From Octopus vulgaris (taxonomy: Eukaryota): DNA of 64,000 nt. Of the stretch, positions 52,811 through 64,000 are shown piece after piece. Below the pieces are notes generated by a model. The model made no database searches, was not told where the DNA came from, and saw nothing but the letters and a program-made list of their open reading frames with translations. How positions within the stretch are numbered: position 1 is the first letter of the stretch; the number at the start of each line of letters is the position of its first letter. The DNA lies in NCBI GenBank assembly GCA_951406725.2, contig OX597814.1, forward strand, positions 14,012,001-14,076,000, read 5' to 3'. The position numbers were made by a program, and so were the translations under genes.

Positions 52811-53395
52811 ACAGGACGATTGCATATTTTATATTTAGATTGTAAACATACATTTACACCAATGATAATTGACACAAATGTTTTTGTAAATAAATGCTTA
52901 ATCGAAAATCTGGAGCTATTTGACGACAAGACATTAATCAACTGACAGATATACTACAAATACAAGGGAAGAGTAAAAGTACGTGAGATGTGTGTGAATT
53001 TGATTTTCATATCTTTGGAACTTTGTATCGTTATTGGTAACCATATCCTTTCTTACAAATATATTCAAAAAAGGAAAATTAGAATAGGACACACACCTGC
53101 ATACATACGCGCACGCGTATGTATGCAGGTGTGTTTGTGTGTAAACTGACGCAGACAAATGCACACAAACACATACAAACAAAAAAGAATATGTATATGC
53201 ATAATTTCGACAATATTTGAAATGGAATGGACATGTGCCTACGATTGTAGAAAAATTCGAAATTCCATGGATAAAATCTCACGGTATTTTATGAAGGTAT
53301 AAGATTTTCCCATTATCGCATACTTCGATGAGTATATTCTTGCACGTGAAATTCTTTTAGTATAGCTAATATACATATATATATATATATATATA

Positions 53396-53510
53396 TCACC
53401 GTCACCGTTACCGACCAGGCTATCAGATGTTGCTACACATCACTGGTCACAAAGCACTTCGCATTGTTTTCGCCATCAAATGACGCCACACCGCTAGCTA
53501 AGCGAGCAAG

Positions 53511-53514
<4 letters not shown>
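53396..53514 (-). mobile_element. Stand-alone tail type 2 module in (TA)n
   Basis: Equals the 3' ~118 bp of the family A SINEs. Confidence 0.85.
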
Positions 53515-53593
<79 letters not shown>

Positions 53594-54315
53594 GTATATA
53601 TTTGTAATACAAGTATACGCTTAAGGAAGAGAAATTATAATTGTTTATGTCATCACACGTTAATCATGATAACGATTCTGCATTTTCTGCTGTTATTGAC
53701 ACCACTTTACGTTTTAGTCATGCAAACATTTCAGACGCTTTTATTTTCATCCTACTAGGTTTTGTGATGCTACAACCAGTACTATCTTCAATAAATTCAG
53801 ACTTCGCTAGCAGTTCGTGATTTTTTTTTTATTTTTGTCAGAAAATGTCTCGCAGTACGAGATTCGTTGTGTGAATTGGAATAACATTCAACATGTGAAA
53901 GTTTACTTTGATATTAGGACCAGTGGTCTTATAAATACTTGAACTCTATTGATTTTTTTAAACTTAATTTAGATTATAGAGCTTCTTTAATCTCTGCATC
54001 AAACAAACGTGATTAGCGTAAAAATCCTCACTTCAGAGAAGTTGAAATTAGAGTTTCTCTGTGACATATTTGTAATAATGACGTCAGCTAATTATTTTAA
54101 TGTATTCAAGTTCTTCTGGAAACTATGCTATTACACTTTAGTACGAGGCACTGAAACACATTACATATTGATGGTATTGAAAGCGTCCCTTTACCTCGGG
54201 TTGTGTTTCTTCCAAGTAACACTTTTCCTTTCTTTCAATTATCCATGAGTCATTGCTAGAATTAAAGACATTAATTCTGCTATACTTGTACATCCCTCTC
54301 TTTCTGACTCCCCAT

Positions 54316-54633
<318 letters not shown>

Positions 54634-54976
54634 ACACACACATTCATGCATATATTTCCACATGAAATGTATTATTATTGGATTACAACCCGACATTCAT
54701 AGGATATAATTATATATCATTTATAGCATCTTTGGACCATTAAATTTACCTGCATGTCGAATTATATTATGGATATAATAAACAACATTTAATGAATGGG
54801 TTGAGATATTCCCACATGTATAGATCATCTTGAAACATGTAAGAGCGCATTAATACAAATATAAACGTTTCCACCCATGAAATATTTCTCCTCATTAATC
54901 TATTTATTCTACGCCACACGTAGTATCGCAATAATAACAGTCCCATACAGATAACTCGGCAGGTAGCCAGCTCTAA

Positions 54977-55012
<36 letters not shown>

Positions 55013-55067
55013 ATTAGTGAATGGAAGAAATGGAGCTGAACGAAGATTCTACAGAATTCCTTTTATT

Positions 55068-55153
55068 ACATTCTACACATGTTTCAAAGGCCACAAATTT
55101 CCAAATTCTGATTGAATAAGGATACCATATTGCAGCTTTCTCTTCAGGAAAAT
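55068..55153 (-). ncRNA. Hammerhead ribozyme in the 3' pLTR, with a long stem II insert
   Basis: Minus strand ATTTTC-CTGAAGA-GAAAG..(~50 nt)..CTTT-GAAAC ATGT GTA-GAAT, with a GUA cleavage triplet at 55074-55076. Confidence 0.7.
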
Positions 55154-55774
55154 CCAGGAATTACGATGTCCAAACAAAACAAAGGCGCAGCAAGCAACTC
55201 GAACAAGAACGCTCCCTAGGAGCCCATGAAGTGGGGTAAACTGTTTCTTAATGTACGTTGAAATCGGGGGGTTGGTGGAGGCCGACAAAAAAGTCCGTTG
55301 GAATAAATCAAGGTCAGGCCGCGGTCAAATCTGGTAGGTGAGGAAATAATGAAAACAAGGGGTGTGAAGATATTCTGTGTAACCAAAGTTAATGCTCTGA
55401 ATATTTTAAGAATTCAGGGTGTCTTATTTAGGTGCGAGAAACTACCTACCTACATGCATGTGTGTGTATGCAAGCCTATGTATGCGTGGCCGTATGGTGG
55501 CGAGGGGCGCGAGATAGTGAGCACTGCTGAAAGAAGCCGGTCAGGCGGCTGAAATAATTCTGTGTTCGTGCGTCCGTCAGTGGCCTGCTTGTCTAAATTA
55601 ACCTCGTCAAAGATCAGGGGGGTATAATTCCTGCCCTTGCTTCTAAAAAACCGACCAATCGCCCAAGGGGAGTAATTTCCCCTTGCAAAATTTATTCAGA
55701 GATTTTTTTCCAAAAACATTTTTTCAAAATTTTTTTCTTTTATTAGGATATCAAGGTGTTAATTGTCTTAGGTA

Positions 55775-56557
55775 TCAATTATATGTAAGAAACGTATGAT
55801 GCCGCCAATGGGGACATCGAAAAGCAGTCTGTAAAAGCGCGTTTACCAAACGGCCTCTGGCGAACAATATGTGGAAAAGTTCAGAGTTACAAAGATTACA
55901 TATCCTTCTGCCTCTATCAAACGGAAGAGACACCGATAAAATCGACCATTCCAGTCTAAATGCTGAATTCGCGTTCTTCAAACGCCAGATAAGTTTGCTA
56001 AGTCCTGTCGCTTGATGTTTATTAACGTCGCGAAATGTTGTGAAGTGGTTCGATATTCTCACGGCCAATTTTGACGATGAAGCTCCGACATACAAGTAGA
56101 CATCCGAATCCGCGTAAACCTTGCATTGGTAAATGGCATTTCTAATCTTGGAATTACTAGACAAAAACCTTATTCTATTGGGATTTGCTTCTGATATTAA
56201 TACTGCGTTCTTATTACTATAATGACTGTGAGAACTGCGGGAGCCTACTACATTATACTCCTCGTTATCAATACTATTTAACGGACTATCCCCTGTGTAT
56301 TCCCTATCACTGAGAACGCTGTGATTGCTAATATCCGTGGACCTACTAATGTCGGAAACGTTGCTAAAGTTACTATTAGGACTCTCTACATTAATGACCC
56401 GAACTGCGGTCTCCTCCCTATTACCATTACTAACGTTAGTGTCATCACCATTTCTTCTATCATTAATCCTATTATTTACTCCCTGGATGGTATGGAGAAT
56501 ACCAGTCTCTGTACTGGCTCTATTATCACTATTACTATTATTATTCCTACTGCGCAT
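55775..56557 (-). CDS. PLE Asn/Ser-rich linker plus GIY-YIG endonuclease (3' segment of the frameshifted ORF)
   Basis: NAIYQCKV..LYVGASS..RISNH..ATGLSKLIWRLK..LEWSIL..CNLCNSE. Confidence 0.9.
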   Translation of the reverse strand: MRSRNNNSNSDNRASTETGILHTIQGVNNRINDRRNGDDTNVSNGNREETAVRVINVESPNSNFSNVSDISRSTDISNHSVLSDREYTGDSPLNSIDNEEYNVVGSRSSHSHYSNKNAVLISEANPNRIRFLSSNSKIRNAIYQCKVYADSDVYLYVGASSSKLAVRISNHFTTFRDVNKHQATGLSKLIWRLKNANSAFRLEWSILSVSLPFDRGRRICNLCNSELFHILFARGRLVNALLQTAFRCPHWRHHTFLTYN

Positions 56558-56637
56558 TAATCTGGAATTAGACGGAGCTGCGCCTCCGGACGAGGGTGAT
56601 AGGGTCTTAATAAGCAGCCTATTATTATGGGAGGCAA

Positions 56638-57135
56638 TTATCTGGGAAAGGTTTTTGTGTTAGAGAAAGCTATCCTAACTTTGTGTGAGTTAACTGTGGC
56701 GTAATATTTGGAATTTCTGGGGAAGTTACTGGCAATGGCTAGGCGAAACAGCAGGGGTAGATTAGTTCTAATTTGCTTACCAAAGGGAATTACAAACCAA
56801 ATATGTTTATTCCTATTTTTGTAATGGGTCGGGGAGCCAGCTCTGACATTAAGGTGGGTGTTTCTAGGTTGAATAAAAGGTTTTGGTTTAGTATGGTCTC
56901 CCCTGGACCGTAAATTATCTATGTTCCCCAAATTAACTCCAGAAGTACTTGTTCCGACCCTCCCCCCGCTCTCATCACTACTTAAATTATTTATGTTATT
57001 GTAGACTGCCCTATCCTGATGACCGAATGGTGGCATCGGAAGGGCTGGATCTATATATACTACCTTCTGCCTATAACCGGCTTTAGACAGTGCGGCGTTA
57101 TAAAATTCCGCTTTCTGCCAAAAAAAGGCCGGCAC
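56638..57135 (-). CDS. PLE RT thumb region (middle segment of the frameshifted ORF)
   Basis: FYNAALSKAGY..NKHIWFVIPF..VNSHKVRIAFS corresponds to the PLE YxxALxxSGY/IIWFNPPF/KVSYS motifs. Confidence 0.85.
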   Translation of the reverse strand: MPAFFWQKAEFYNAALSKAGYRQKVVYIDPALPMPPFGHQDRAVYNNINNLSSDESGGRVGTSTSGVNLGNIDNLRSRGDHTKPKPFIQPRNTHLNVRAGSPTHYKNRNKHIWFVIPFGKQIRTNLPLLFRLAIASNFPRNSKYYATVNSHKVRIAFSNTKTFPR

Positions 57136-58486
57136 TAGCGGACAAATTAGTCAATCTTAGAGAGATATTTTTAACCAAATTGTCTGTTATAGTTTTGGCA
57201 TGATTCGAGAAGCCACTGACATACTTTAAATTAGTGGAAGGCTTATGGTAAGGGCAGTAAGAATCGCTATGGAGGTTTAGTGTGACGTCTAAGAAATTAG
57301 CCTTAGTAAGTTCATTAACAAAAACTATATTCATGCCCATTCTATTAAAGAACCTAGCTAACCTATTTTTAGTTTTCTGTACGATTCTGTTCGTGGTGTT
57401 TTGCAGGTAAAACAGACAATCGTCCCGATATAGGCCGCCCCCAATATCCGGGAATTGGTCGGATAATTCGTAGAGAATATAGATTCCGACCAAATCGGCT
57501 ATCTGCGCGCTATCTGAACTACCCATAGGCACATCGAACTCGTTGGGAGTATCTTTACGAATCCACAACTTATTTTCAAACTTTATAAATGATTTTCTGG
57601 CAACTAGGATAATATCAATTTCTTCTGTAGTGAGGCCTGCCTTATTATGTGCATGCCACAGGGCCTTATTAAGTACACTAGGGTTAATCGAGGGGTAGAA
57701 GCTAGCAATATCAAACTGAATAAACCTAGTACGGTTCTTATTAGGGATAGAAGAGAACCACTTCACGACCTGCGAGGAGTTCGCCCAGAGGCTAAGCTTC
57801 AGCTTATTGACTAAACTAGGGATATATTTATCTAAAATATACTTACTGATGGTCCCGATGTCGGAACTAGCAGGGCATATGAGTCTTAACGCTGGGTTGG
57901 TGTAGAAATTTGGTTTGTGGTCCTTCACTATGACTCTAGGTTGTTTAGGGCTAAGCGGCTGTGTTCTCATTTGAATTCCGTAATTAAACATTATTTTCTT
58001 AATCTCCAAGTTTACTTTTCTCAGTGTGTTCCAATTTGTTGTTCTATAGTTCTTCTTGATCTCTTTTCCGAGTAAATCTAAGTACTGTCTAATGGGTAAC
58101 TTATACGTGTTCCTTGTCTTGTCTGACTGGACCAAGATTCCGTCCGACCTATTAATATCCTTAGTAACTTTCTCTAGGTATCTGAGGTGCTCATTTCTCC
58201 TGGGTGACTTCCTGAACTTAATCCTCCTTACGATGTCCCACAAGTCATCCTCAAACTTCTTCAGTCTTGGGTTAGGTGGCGGTGTGTCCATCGACTTAAA
58301 AAGCCCTCTATATTCGGACGATGCTGCTGCCCGGTTCAGTTTTAGATCCTCGTTATCATGAAAGAAAACAAGCCATCTAATCCGGTTTATGAATGCGTTG
58401 GTTTTGCAAACCAATTCCTTGAGGAAGGCATCCTTTGGTGGTATAGGAATATCCTTAAGGGACGCATCAATCTCGAACAACTCCAT
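57098..58486 (-). CDS. PLE reverse transcriptase (5' segment of the frameshifted ORF)
   Basis: SDKT, KDHKPNF..RLI, FDIASFYPSI, PMGS.DSAQIADLVG, LYRDD, NFLDVTL, PYHKP and SNH. Confidence 0.95.
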   Translation of the reverse strand: MELFEIDASLKDIPIPPKDAFLKELVCKTNAFINRIRWLVFFHDNEDLKLNRAAASSEYRGLFKSMDTPPPNPRLKKFEDDLWDIVRRIKFRKSPRRNEHLRYLEKVTKDINRSDGILVQSDKTRNTYKLPIRQYLDLLGKEIKKNYRTTNWNTLRKVNLEIKKIMFNYGIQMRTQPLSPKQPRVIVKDHKPNFYTNPALRLICPASSDIGTISKYILDKYIPSLVNKLKLSLWANSSQVVKWFSSIPNKNRTRFIQFDIASFYPSINPSVLNKALWHAHNKAGLTTEEIDIILVARKSFIKFENKLWIRKDTPNEFDVPMGSSDSAQIADLVGIYILYELSDQFPDIGGGLYRDDCLFYLQNTTNRIVQKTKNRLARFFNRMGMNIVFVNELTKANFLDVTLNLHSDSYCPYHKPSTNLKYVSGFSNHAKTITDNLVKNISLRLTNLSASAGLFLAESGIL

Positions 58487-58803
58487 TTTCGGTATCGGTT
58501 AATGTAGCAGTTTCTTGGCGAAGCGGTATATGTTTGTTGAAATGGAAAGATGAATTATCTTGTTACGGATTATTCAAAAGTTTAACCGATACCTGGGTAG
58601 CAAAAATCACAGCAGAAAAAACACGGTTGGAGTTATGACCATAGGGTGTTGCAACCGTGCGTTGGCGCGGATAATTGAAGTTTAATACAATTAGTGAATG
58701 GAAGAAATGGAGCTGAACGAAGATTCTACAGAATTCCTTTTATTACATTCTACACATGTTTCAAAGGCCACAAATTTCCAAATTCTGATTGAATAAGGAT
58801 ACC

Positions 58804-59076
58804 TCCACTCACTTAGCGGTCATTCAAATATGTCTTTTGTCTCAATAACGGTAAATCCCACAGTAATTTCCCTTTGTATAACGGTCATATTTCATTTTTT
58901 TTTCCGATGACCGGATAACTGAAGAGATGGCGGCGTGGATTTCCATCTCGGCATCCGAAACTCGGAATTTTATCATGGCTATCCGATAATTGTCACATTT
59001 TATTTACAGATAAATTCTTCTATTTACATAATATCGAGGTCACTTTCATTCTTTTGTTTTCTTACCATTTTTATCA

Positions 59077-59080
<4 letters not shown>
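58804..59080 (+). mobile_element. 3' end (pLTR) of a different PLE family, opposite orientation
   Basis: Contains a hammerhead motif and runs into (TA)n. Confidence 0.6.
58913..58974 (+). ncRNA. Hammerhead-like motif
   Basis: GATAA-CTGAAGA-GATG..CATC-CGAAAC TCGG AATT-TTATC. Stem I is GAUAA/UUAUC and stem III is imperfect. Confidence 0.65.
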
Positions 59081-59109
<29 letters not shown>

Positions 59110-59113
<4 letters not shown>

Positions 59114-59230
59114 CGTGATCATCGTGACCGATCAGGCTATCATATGTTGCTACACATCGCTGGTCACAATACGCTTCGCATTGTTTTACCCTTCAAACGA
59201 CGCCACCTCGCTGGCTAAGTGAGCAGGCCA

Positions 59231-59231
<1 letters not shown>
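59110..59231 (-). mobile_element. Stand-alone tail type 2 module in (TA)n
   Basis: Same boundaries as 53396-53514. Confidence 0.85.
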
Positions 59232-59308
<77 letters not shown>

Positions 59309-59366
59309 GTATCTACATGTATGTATCTACATGTATGTATGAATATATGCGGCACGAAAGTTTATG

Positions 59367-59552
59367 AGTGACCAAGCAGGTCGCGGTCTCAAAGCGCGGA
59401 AAATCTTTTGACAAATTACGTTCAAATAAAGTGAATCTTACGTTTTTGTGTGTTTTTAAATGGCTTATAAATACCTTCCACGCCGCAATTTGTTTTTGTT
59501 TCAGCACACGATCTGAGATCAGATCATTTGCTATGCAAGTACATCTCCGTAA
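59367..59552 (+). mobile_element. Single-arm relative of the 51586-51936 element
   Basis: CAGGTCGCGG..TTTTGACAAATT..CCTTCCACG..CAGCACACGATCT..GTACATCTCCGTAAT. Confidence 0.8.
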
Positions 59553-60073
59553 TAATATATATGTGATATATGGTATAATAATTTTATGACATTTGTCTAA
59601 GCAAGCATGATTGTACGTTAGGTTAAACACAACCACTCACTTATAAACTACACATAAGCACGTATAGACTCACTCACACGCCTACACATACAAACGCACG
59701 CACACATATGCACTCAAAGATATATACATAAATATGCTTACGTACATTAGTGTTACAGTCCAAACTTCTATGTATAGTTTTCATATTAATTGTGGAATAC
59801 ACAGTAATATTTAGAGATTTGAAAACTTTGTATAAGGTTTAATGGGAATATTTCTTTGATTCTGTCGCAGACTACAGGGAAAATTTGTTAATATTTATGC
59901 CAAGCATTTAATGAAACTGGAATTCTTAAGATTTCTGACATTAATCAGATAATTATTTATTCAATATAACACTTATCATAATTGAAACACGTATCGAATT
60001 TTAAGACTTCCTGAAATTAAGCAATAAATATTTTTGGACAGTTTCACTAAATAGTTATTGATTTTATTAACCC

Positions 60074-60075
<2 letters not shown>

Positions 60076-60140
<65 letters not shown>

Positions 60141-60230
60141 GTTTTTGTTGTTGTTGTTGTTCTTCTTCTTCTTCTTCTTCTTCTTCTGTTGCTGTTGTTG
60201 CTTTTGTCGTTGTTTTTGCTGTTGTTATTG
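60076..60230. repeat. (TTA)n-(TTG)n-(TTC)n compound microsatellite
   Basis: Read directly from the sequence. Confidence 0.95.
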
Positions 60231-60659
60231 ATATTTCTGTTGTTATCATTAATGTTATTGATCTTATTATTTTTATATGATCTATTAATTGCTTTTCAGA
60301 TATCAAATTAACTTTTATTCGTAAATATGGAAGGTGCTATTTACGATATATCACGTTTATTTGAAGATGTTTATATATTTGAATGATAGAATGTGAATGC
60401 TAATATTGAATTTTAAATAAGTTTTTCTTTACATTGAAATGCTTCCATAAATAGTGTAAATTCCCCATGAGAATGAGTGTATAAATACACGAATTGACTT
60501 TGGAATATTATTCACATCGGTTTTATACTCTTAACATCGTCATTACAAATAATTATTGCGAAAAATGTACTTATTTAAACATTGGTGTGGGAAATGAAAT
60601 TTTGTAAGCATAAGAAAATTAATTTTTGTTTCTCAAAATATCTACTTCTCTCCAGATTT

Positions 60660-62646
60660 ATGTATATATAAATATATAAGGAAAAATATGACAAGGTAAA
60701 AAATGCTAAAATAATTTTATAATGAACATTTTAGTACTGGTTTCAGTCTTAGCGACTTTTTCAAATTAGAGTAAAGCATGAAAAACAATTAACTTGTGGA
60801 AAAATGAAATGAAATCTGTTAAAAAAAATGTCCATAGATTTCAAATACAAGGGACATTTTCCTTTTGTCTGCCTATTTGTCTCTCTTTTTTTACTCTTGT
60901 GAAGTCTTCGTACAAGGTGGTACGTAGTAGCGGACTTTTGAAGGAGTGTAGTTACTTCTATTTCGGACTAAATATTCTTCCTCTTTGTATTTGTCGTATA
61001 GTTCCTCAACGAGTCGTAATTTTCTACAGAATTCCGCACGTCCGTCTTCTTTCATTTGATTGTAGCTGGGGTGTTTGTGGGCGGGAGATAAACTTGAGCC
61101 CTTTGGAGAGTATGTAGATTTAGTTTGCTGTTAGTTTTTTGTGCGTTAGATTAATAATCTTTATCACTTTTGGGTCCTCCTGTCTGTCTGGTGCTATCTC
61201 GTATATCGGTGTCTGCGTATTGGGTCTAAAAAATAACTGAGATAACTGGGACGGTAGCTATTATGTAGTTGTTCTCTTTTGTTGTGGGGTGCCCTGTTGC
61301 GATTTATGGTGCCGTTTTTTATAAGGGTATTGAAAGGTGTGTCTCTATGTCCCCTGTTCGGATGTGGTGTTTTAGGGGGCCGTCGTTGGTAATTATTACG
61401 CGTAGTACAGGTTTCTTTTGTGTGGTTTTTTAGTCGATTGTTGGAACGAAAACTCCGCTGGTAAACTCCTTATAGGAGGAGAGGTTGTAAAGTCTGTCCT
61501 GCGGGTTCTGATTTTTAATTTCTGTTTGATATTTAGGTACTCACGATGTTGTTTTGCTGGTAGGTTACACAGTTAGGGTTAGATCTTGTATTTTGGGGGG
61601 TAGGGGTGATGGTTCCGTTTTTTAGATAGGTGTGAATCTGTGTATGAGTGTTGTTTTGATTTTCTTGTTTTTAGGAAAGGGTTGTTGGAAGCCTAATGTT
61701 TGAAAGACAGTTTCGTAGTTTGAGCACCAAGTGGGGCTTTTCCCAGCGTTAGAGGGATTTCACGTCTTCTTAATCACAATCTTCTTTCCATAGTTTGGAG
61801 ATCTATAGGTTGGGGGCCTCGAGTCATTTTGTTAATGTCTTGGTTGATCTCTTCATCGATGGATTTTACTTTAGCTTCATTCGTCTGAGCCCTCAATTTT
61901 AGAAGTTCAATTTCTATCTTCATTTTTCCCAGTGCCATTCTTTCCCTGAGGAGTCTCTGCACCTCACGTTCATCTATAATGGTTTTGATCTGGAGTTTGC
62001 GTGCGAGAATTTACGGTGTCAGATTAAACCATTTTTTGTATATATCCGCCTTGTTATTGTTTTGGATCATCTTCCAAAAGGTGCACTTTCCTACCTCTGA
62101 GTGATTCGTTCCAGTGTGGTACTATGTGGTGTTTCTTTTGCTATGTTGTTAGTGTATTGATCCCATATGCTGCCTCGTTCGGAGGTCTTTGGTTAGCGTT
62201 CTTTGAGAAAATATTCTAACTGTTTCGCATAAGTTTCCAAGGTTTTCGACGATTTCGGAGGTTATATTTTTCCTATCGATTGGGTTCATGTGTCGAGTCA
62301 AGTTTGTTAAAGTAACGTTAACAGATTTGTGTTGATTGTCTTGAGTTCTTCCATATTTCTTCATTTATAGTAGTGATTGTGTTTGTTTTTATCGGCATTT
62401 TCTGTATCTCGAGTGGGGATTACTCTGTCTCTCTCTCTCAACAGAAAATAAAGGAAAATGTCCATTGCATTTAAAAAATTGGGAAATATTTTTTTAAATC
62501 ATTTCATTTAATTTTTCCACAATTTAATTGCTTTTGATGTTTACTCTAAGTTGAGAATGTTGCACAGACTGAAACCTGTACTAAAGTGTTCTTCATGATA
62601 ACACTATTTGAGCATTTTCTACCTTGTCATATTTTCCTTATACATA
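60660..62646 (-). mobile_element. ~2 kb element with diverged ~200-bp terminal inverted repeats and a decayed internal ORF (probable PLE derivative)
   Basis: 60662-60870 is an imperfect reverse complement of 62441-62646, and both carry a hammerhead-like motif. Internal minus-strand remnants include KMKIEIELLKLRAQTNEAKVKSIDEEI. Confidence 0.65.
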
Positions 62647-62678
62647 TCAACTTGTGTGTTCCTTTTTAACCTTCTACG

Positions 62679-62772
<94 letters not shown>

Positions 62773-63031
62773 TGTTTGAAAAAATCGGAGTTAACAAGAC
62801 GGGATACGGATCGACATGTATTTGTTAATCCTTACAATTGTTTCTACGCTAAGTAGTTCTCCGGGAGTGCAGGTACCTGATTATGCAACTATTTCCCTGT
62901 ATTATGAGGTCTAGTTGTGTTTTCTCATGCGATATGTAAATATTGTGTCCGTCAGTCTGAAATCCTCCACTTCAAGAATATCCCTTCTGTCTAGCGTGAC
63001 CTGAATTTAGTAGTAGTCACTACTAAATATA

Positions 63032-63855
63032 CACGGTGGGCGAAAAGTATATAGGCATTACAAATTCGTAATAAAATTCATATTCTTTTTACTAATTTAT
63101 TGTAAGAAATGAGGCATGTTTTTTATTACACGGGAAGATGAAAGTAAATCGTCATATTTCAGCGTAAGAACCGGCCAGGGTGGAATGAACAACGTTCTGA
63201 AGAACGTCGTTTGGGATAACATTTAGAACCTCATGAATGCGTGTCTCCAAGTCCTCCAGTGTGCGAGATGTTGCCTTCTACTCCATTTCTGGGTAACCGC
63301 ACAGGTAATCATTACGTGGAGTGAGAACTTGACTTCTGGACTTCTGCGGTCACAGTTTTTAAGTTTTAGATCCTGCATGTAATGGGGTTTTCACGGATGA
63401 AAATTCAATTCTTAAGGCAACAACGTACGTATTGGATCTCTTGTTAGTCCACTTTCGCGACCTGCTTCACGCTTTGATTTTCACAGGCTGTGATTAAATA
63501 TTTTCTGCACTGTTGCCAAGTTCTCCGCTGATCGAGATGTGGTTCGACGGCCACTACTTCTTCCATCGTTCACTCCCGACGTAGTGTTGCATGATTACCT
63601 TTCCATGTACACCACCCTACCACCCTCTCTAAACCCCAAAAATGGATTTCCACACTTCATAGCGCAATGCTATCTTAACTTGCTGGTTAACAGTCAAGTG
63701 TCCGGAAATCTGGAAAATAAGAAGTAAGAAATAACACTATAAGAAAATATAAAATCCCCATTAGTGATGTCTGTAAAATGATTTTGTTTTGACTTCAGTG
63801 ATACTAAAAATTCTATAAGCAATTTCTAATGCCTAGTTAATTTCCACTCACTCTG
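63032..63855 (-). mobile_element. Internally deleted Tc1/mariner element with both TIRs
   Basis: TA-CACGGTGGGCGAAAAGTATATAGGCATTA versus the reverse-complement end TA-CAGAGTGAGTGGAAATTAACTAGGCATTA. A C-terminal transposase remnant DYLCGY..RTLEDLETRIHEVLNVIPNDVLQNVV is present. Confidence 0.75.
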
Positions 63856-64000
63856 TATATATATATAAATATTTAAAAGACGTTTTGCGTAATAAGATAA
63901 AAAAAACTAAGGCTGTGCAGATATTAGATATTCTTATATACACACACTGATATAGAACCAACGTTGAACCCCTTTATTCGCAAAATTACCGAATCTGGAA

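Larger units (their letters stand above)
55012..58803 (-). mobile_element. Near full-length Penelope-like retroelement with direct pseudo-LTRs
   Basis: An apparently identical ~115-bp direct repeat lies at 55012-55126 and 58689-58803. It encodes RT and GIY-YIG, and its 3' end abuts (TA)n. Confidence 0.95.

Noticed and set aside
55775-58486. Selenocysteine recoding or programmed frameshifting in the PLE ORF
   Set aside because: No in-frame TGA is needed. Both breaks are single-base homopolymer indels in opposite directions.

Overview
AT-rich, microsatellite-dense eukaryotic DNA. The SINE, LINE and microsatellite content suggests an invertebrate, probably an octopus or other coleoid cephalopod (inference only). 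No host protein-coding gene can be identified with confidence, and almost all ORFs in the track are microsatellite or antisense artefacts. The window is a mosaic of mobile elements. (1) A near-intact 3.8 kb Penelope-like retroelement (PLE; RT plus GIY-YIG, pseudo-LTRs, hammerhead ribozyme) at 55012-58803. (2) A ~9.5 kb pile-up of R4/Dong-type RLE LINEs inserted in (TAA)n at 33.7-43.2 kb, plus a ~555-bp non-autonomous element with the same target. (3) Several PLE-derived fold-back elements carrying minimal hammerhead-like folds whose 3-8 core pair differs between families (C3-G8, G3-C8, U3-A8). (4) At least four tRNA-derived SINE families. (5) Three non-autonomous Helitron-like elements. (6) Decayed Tc1/mariner, L1-Tx1 and HERO/NeSL-like fragments. 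A few splice-flanked open segments may be exons of an unidentified host gene. All alignments and RNA folds were read by eye, so boundaries of decayed elements are approximate.
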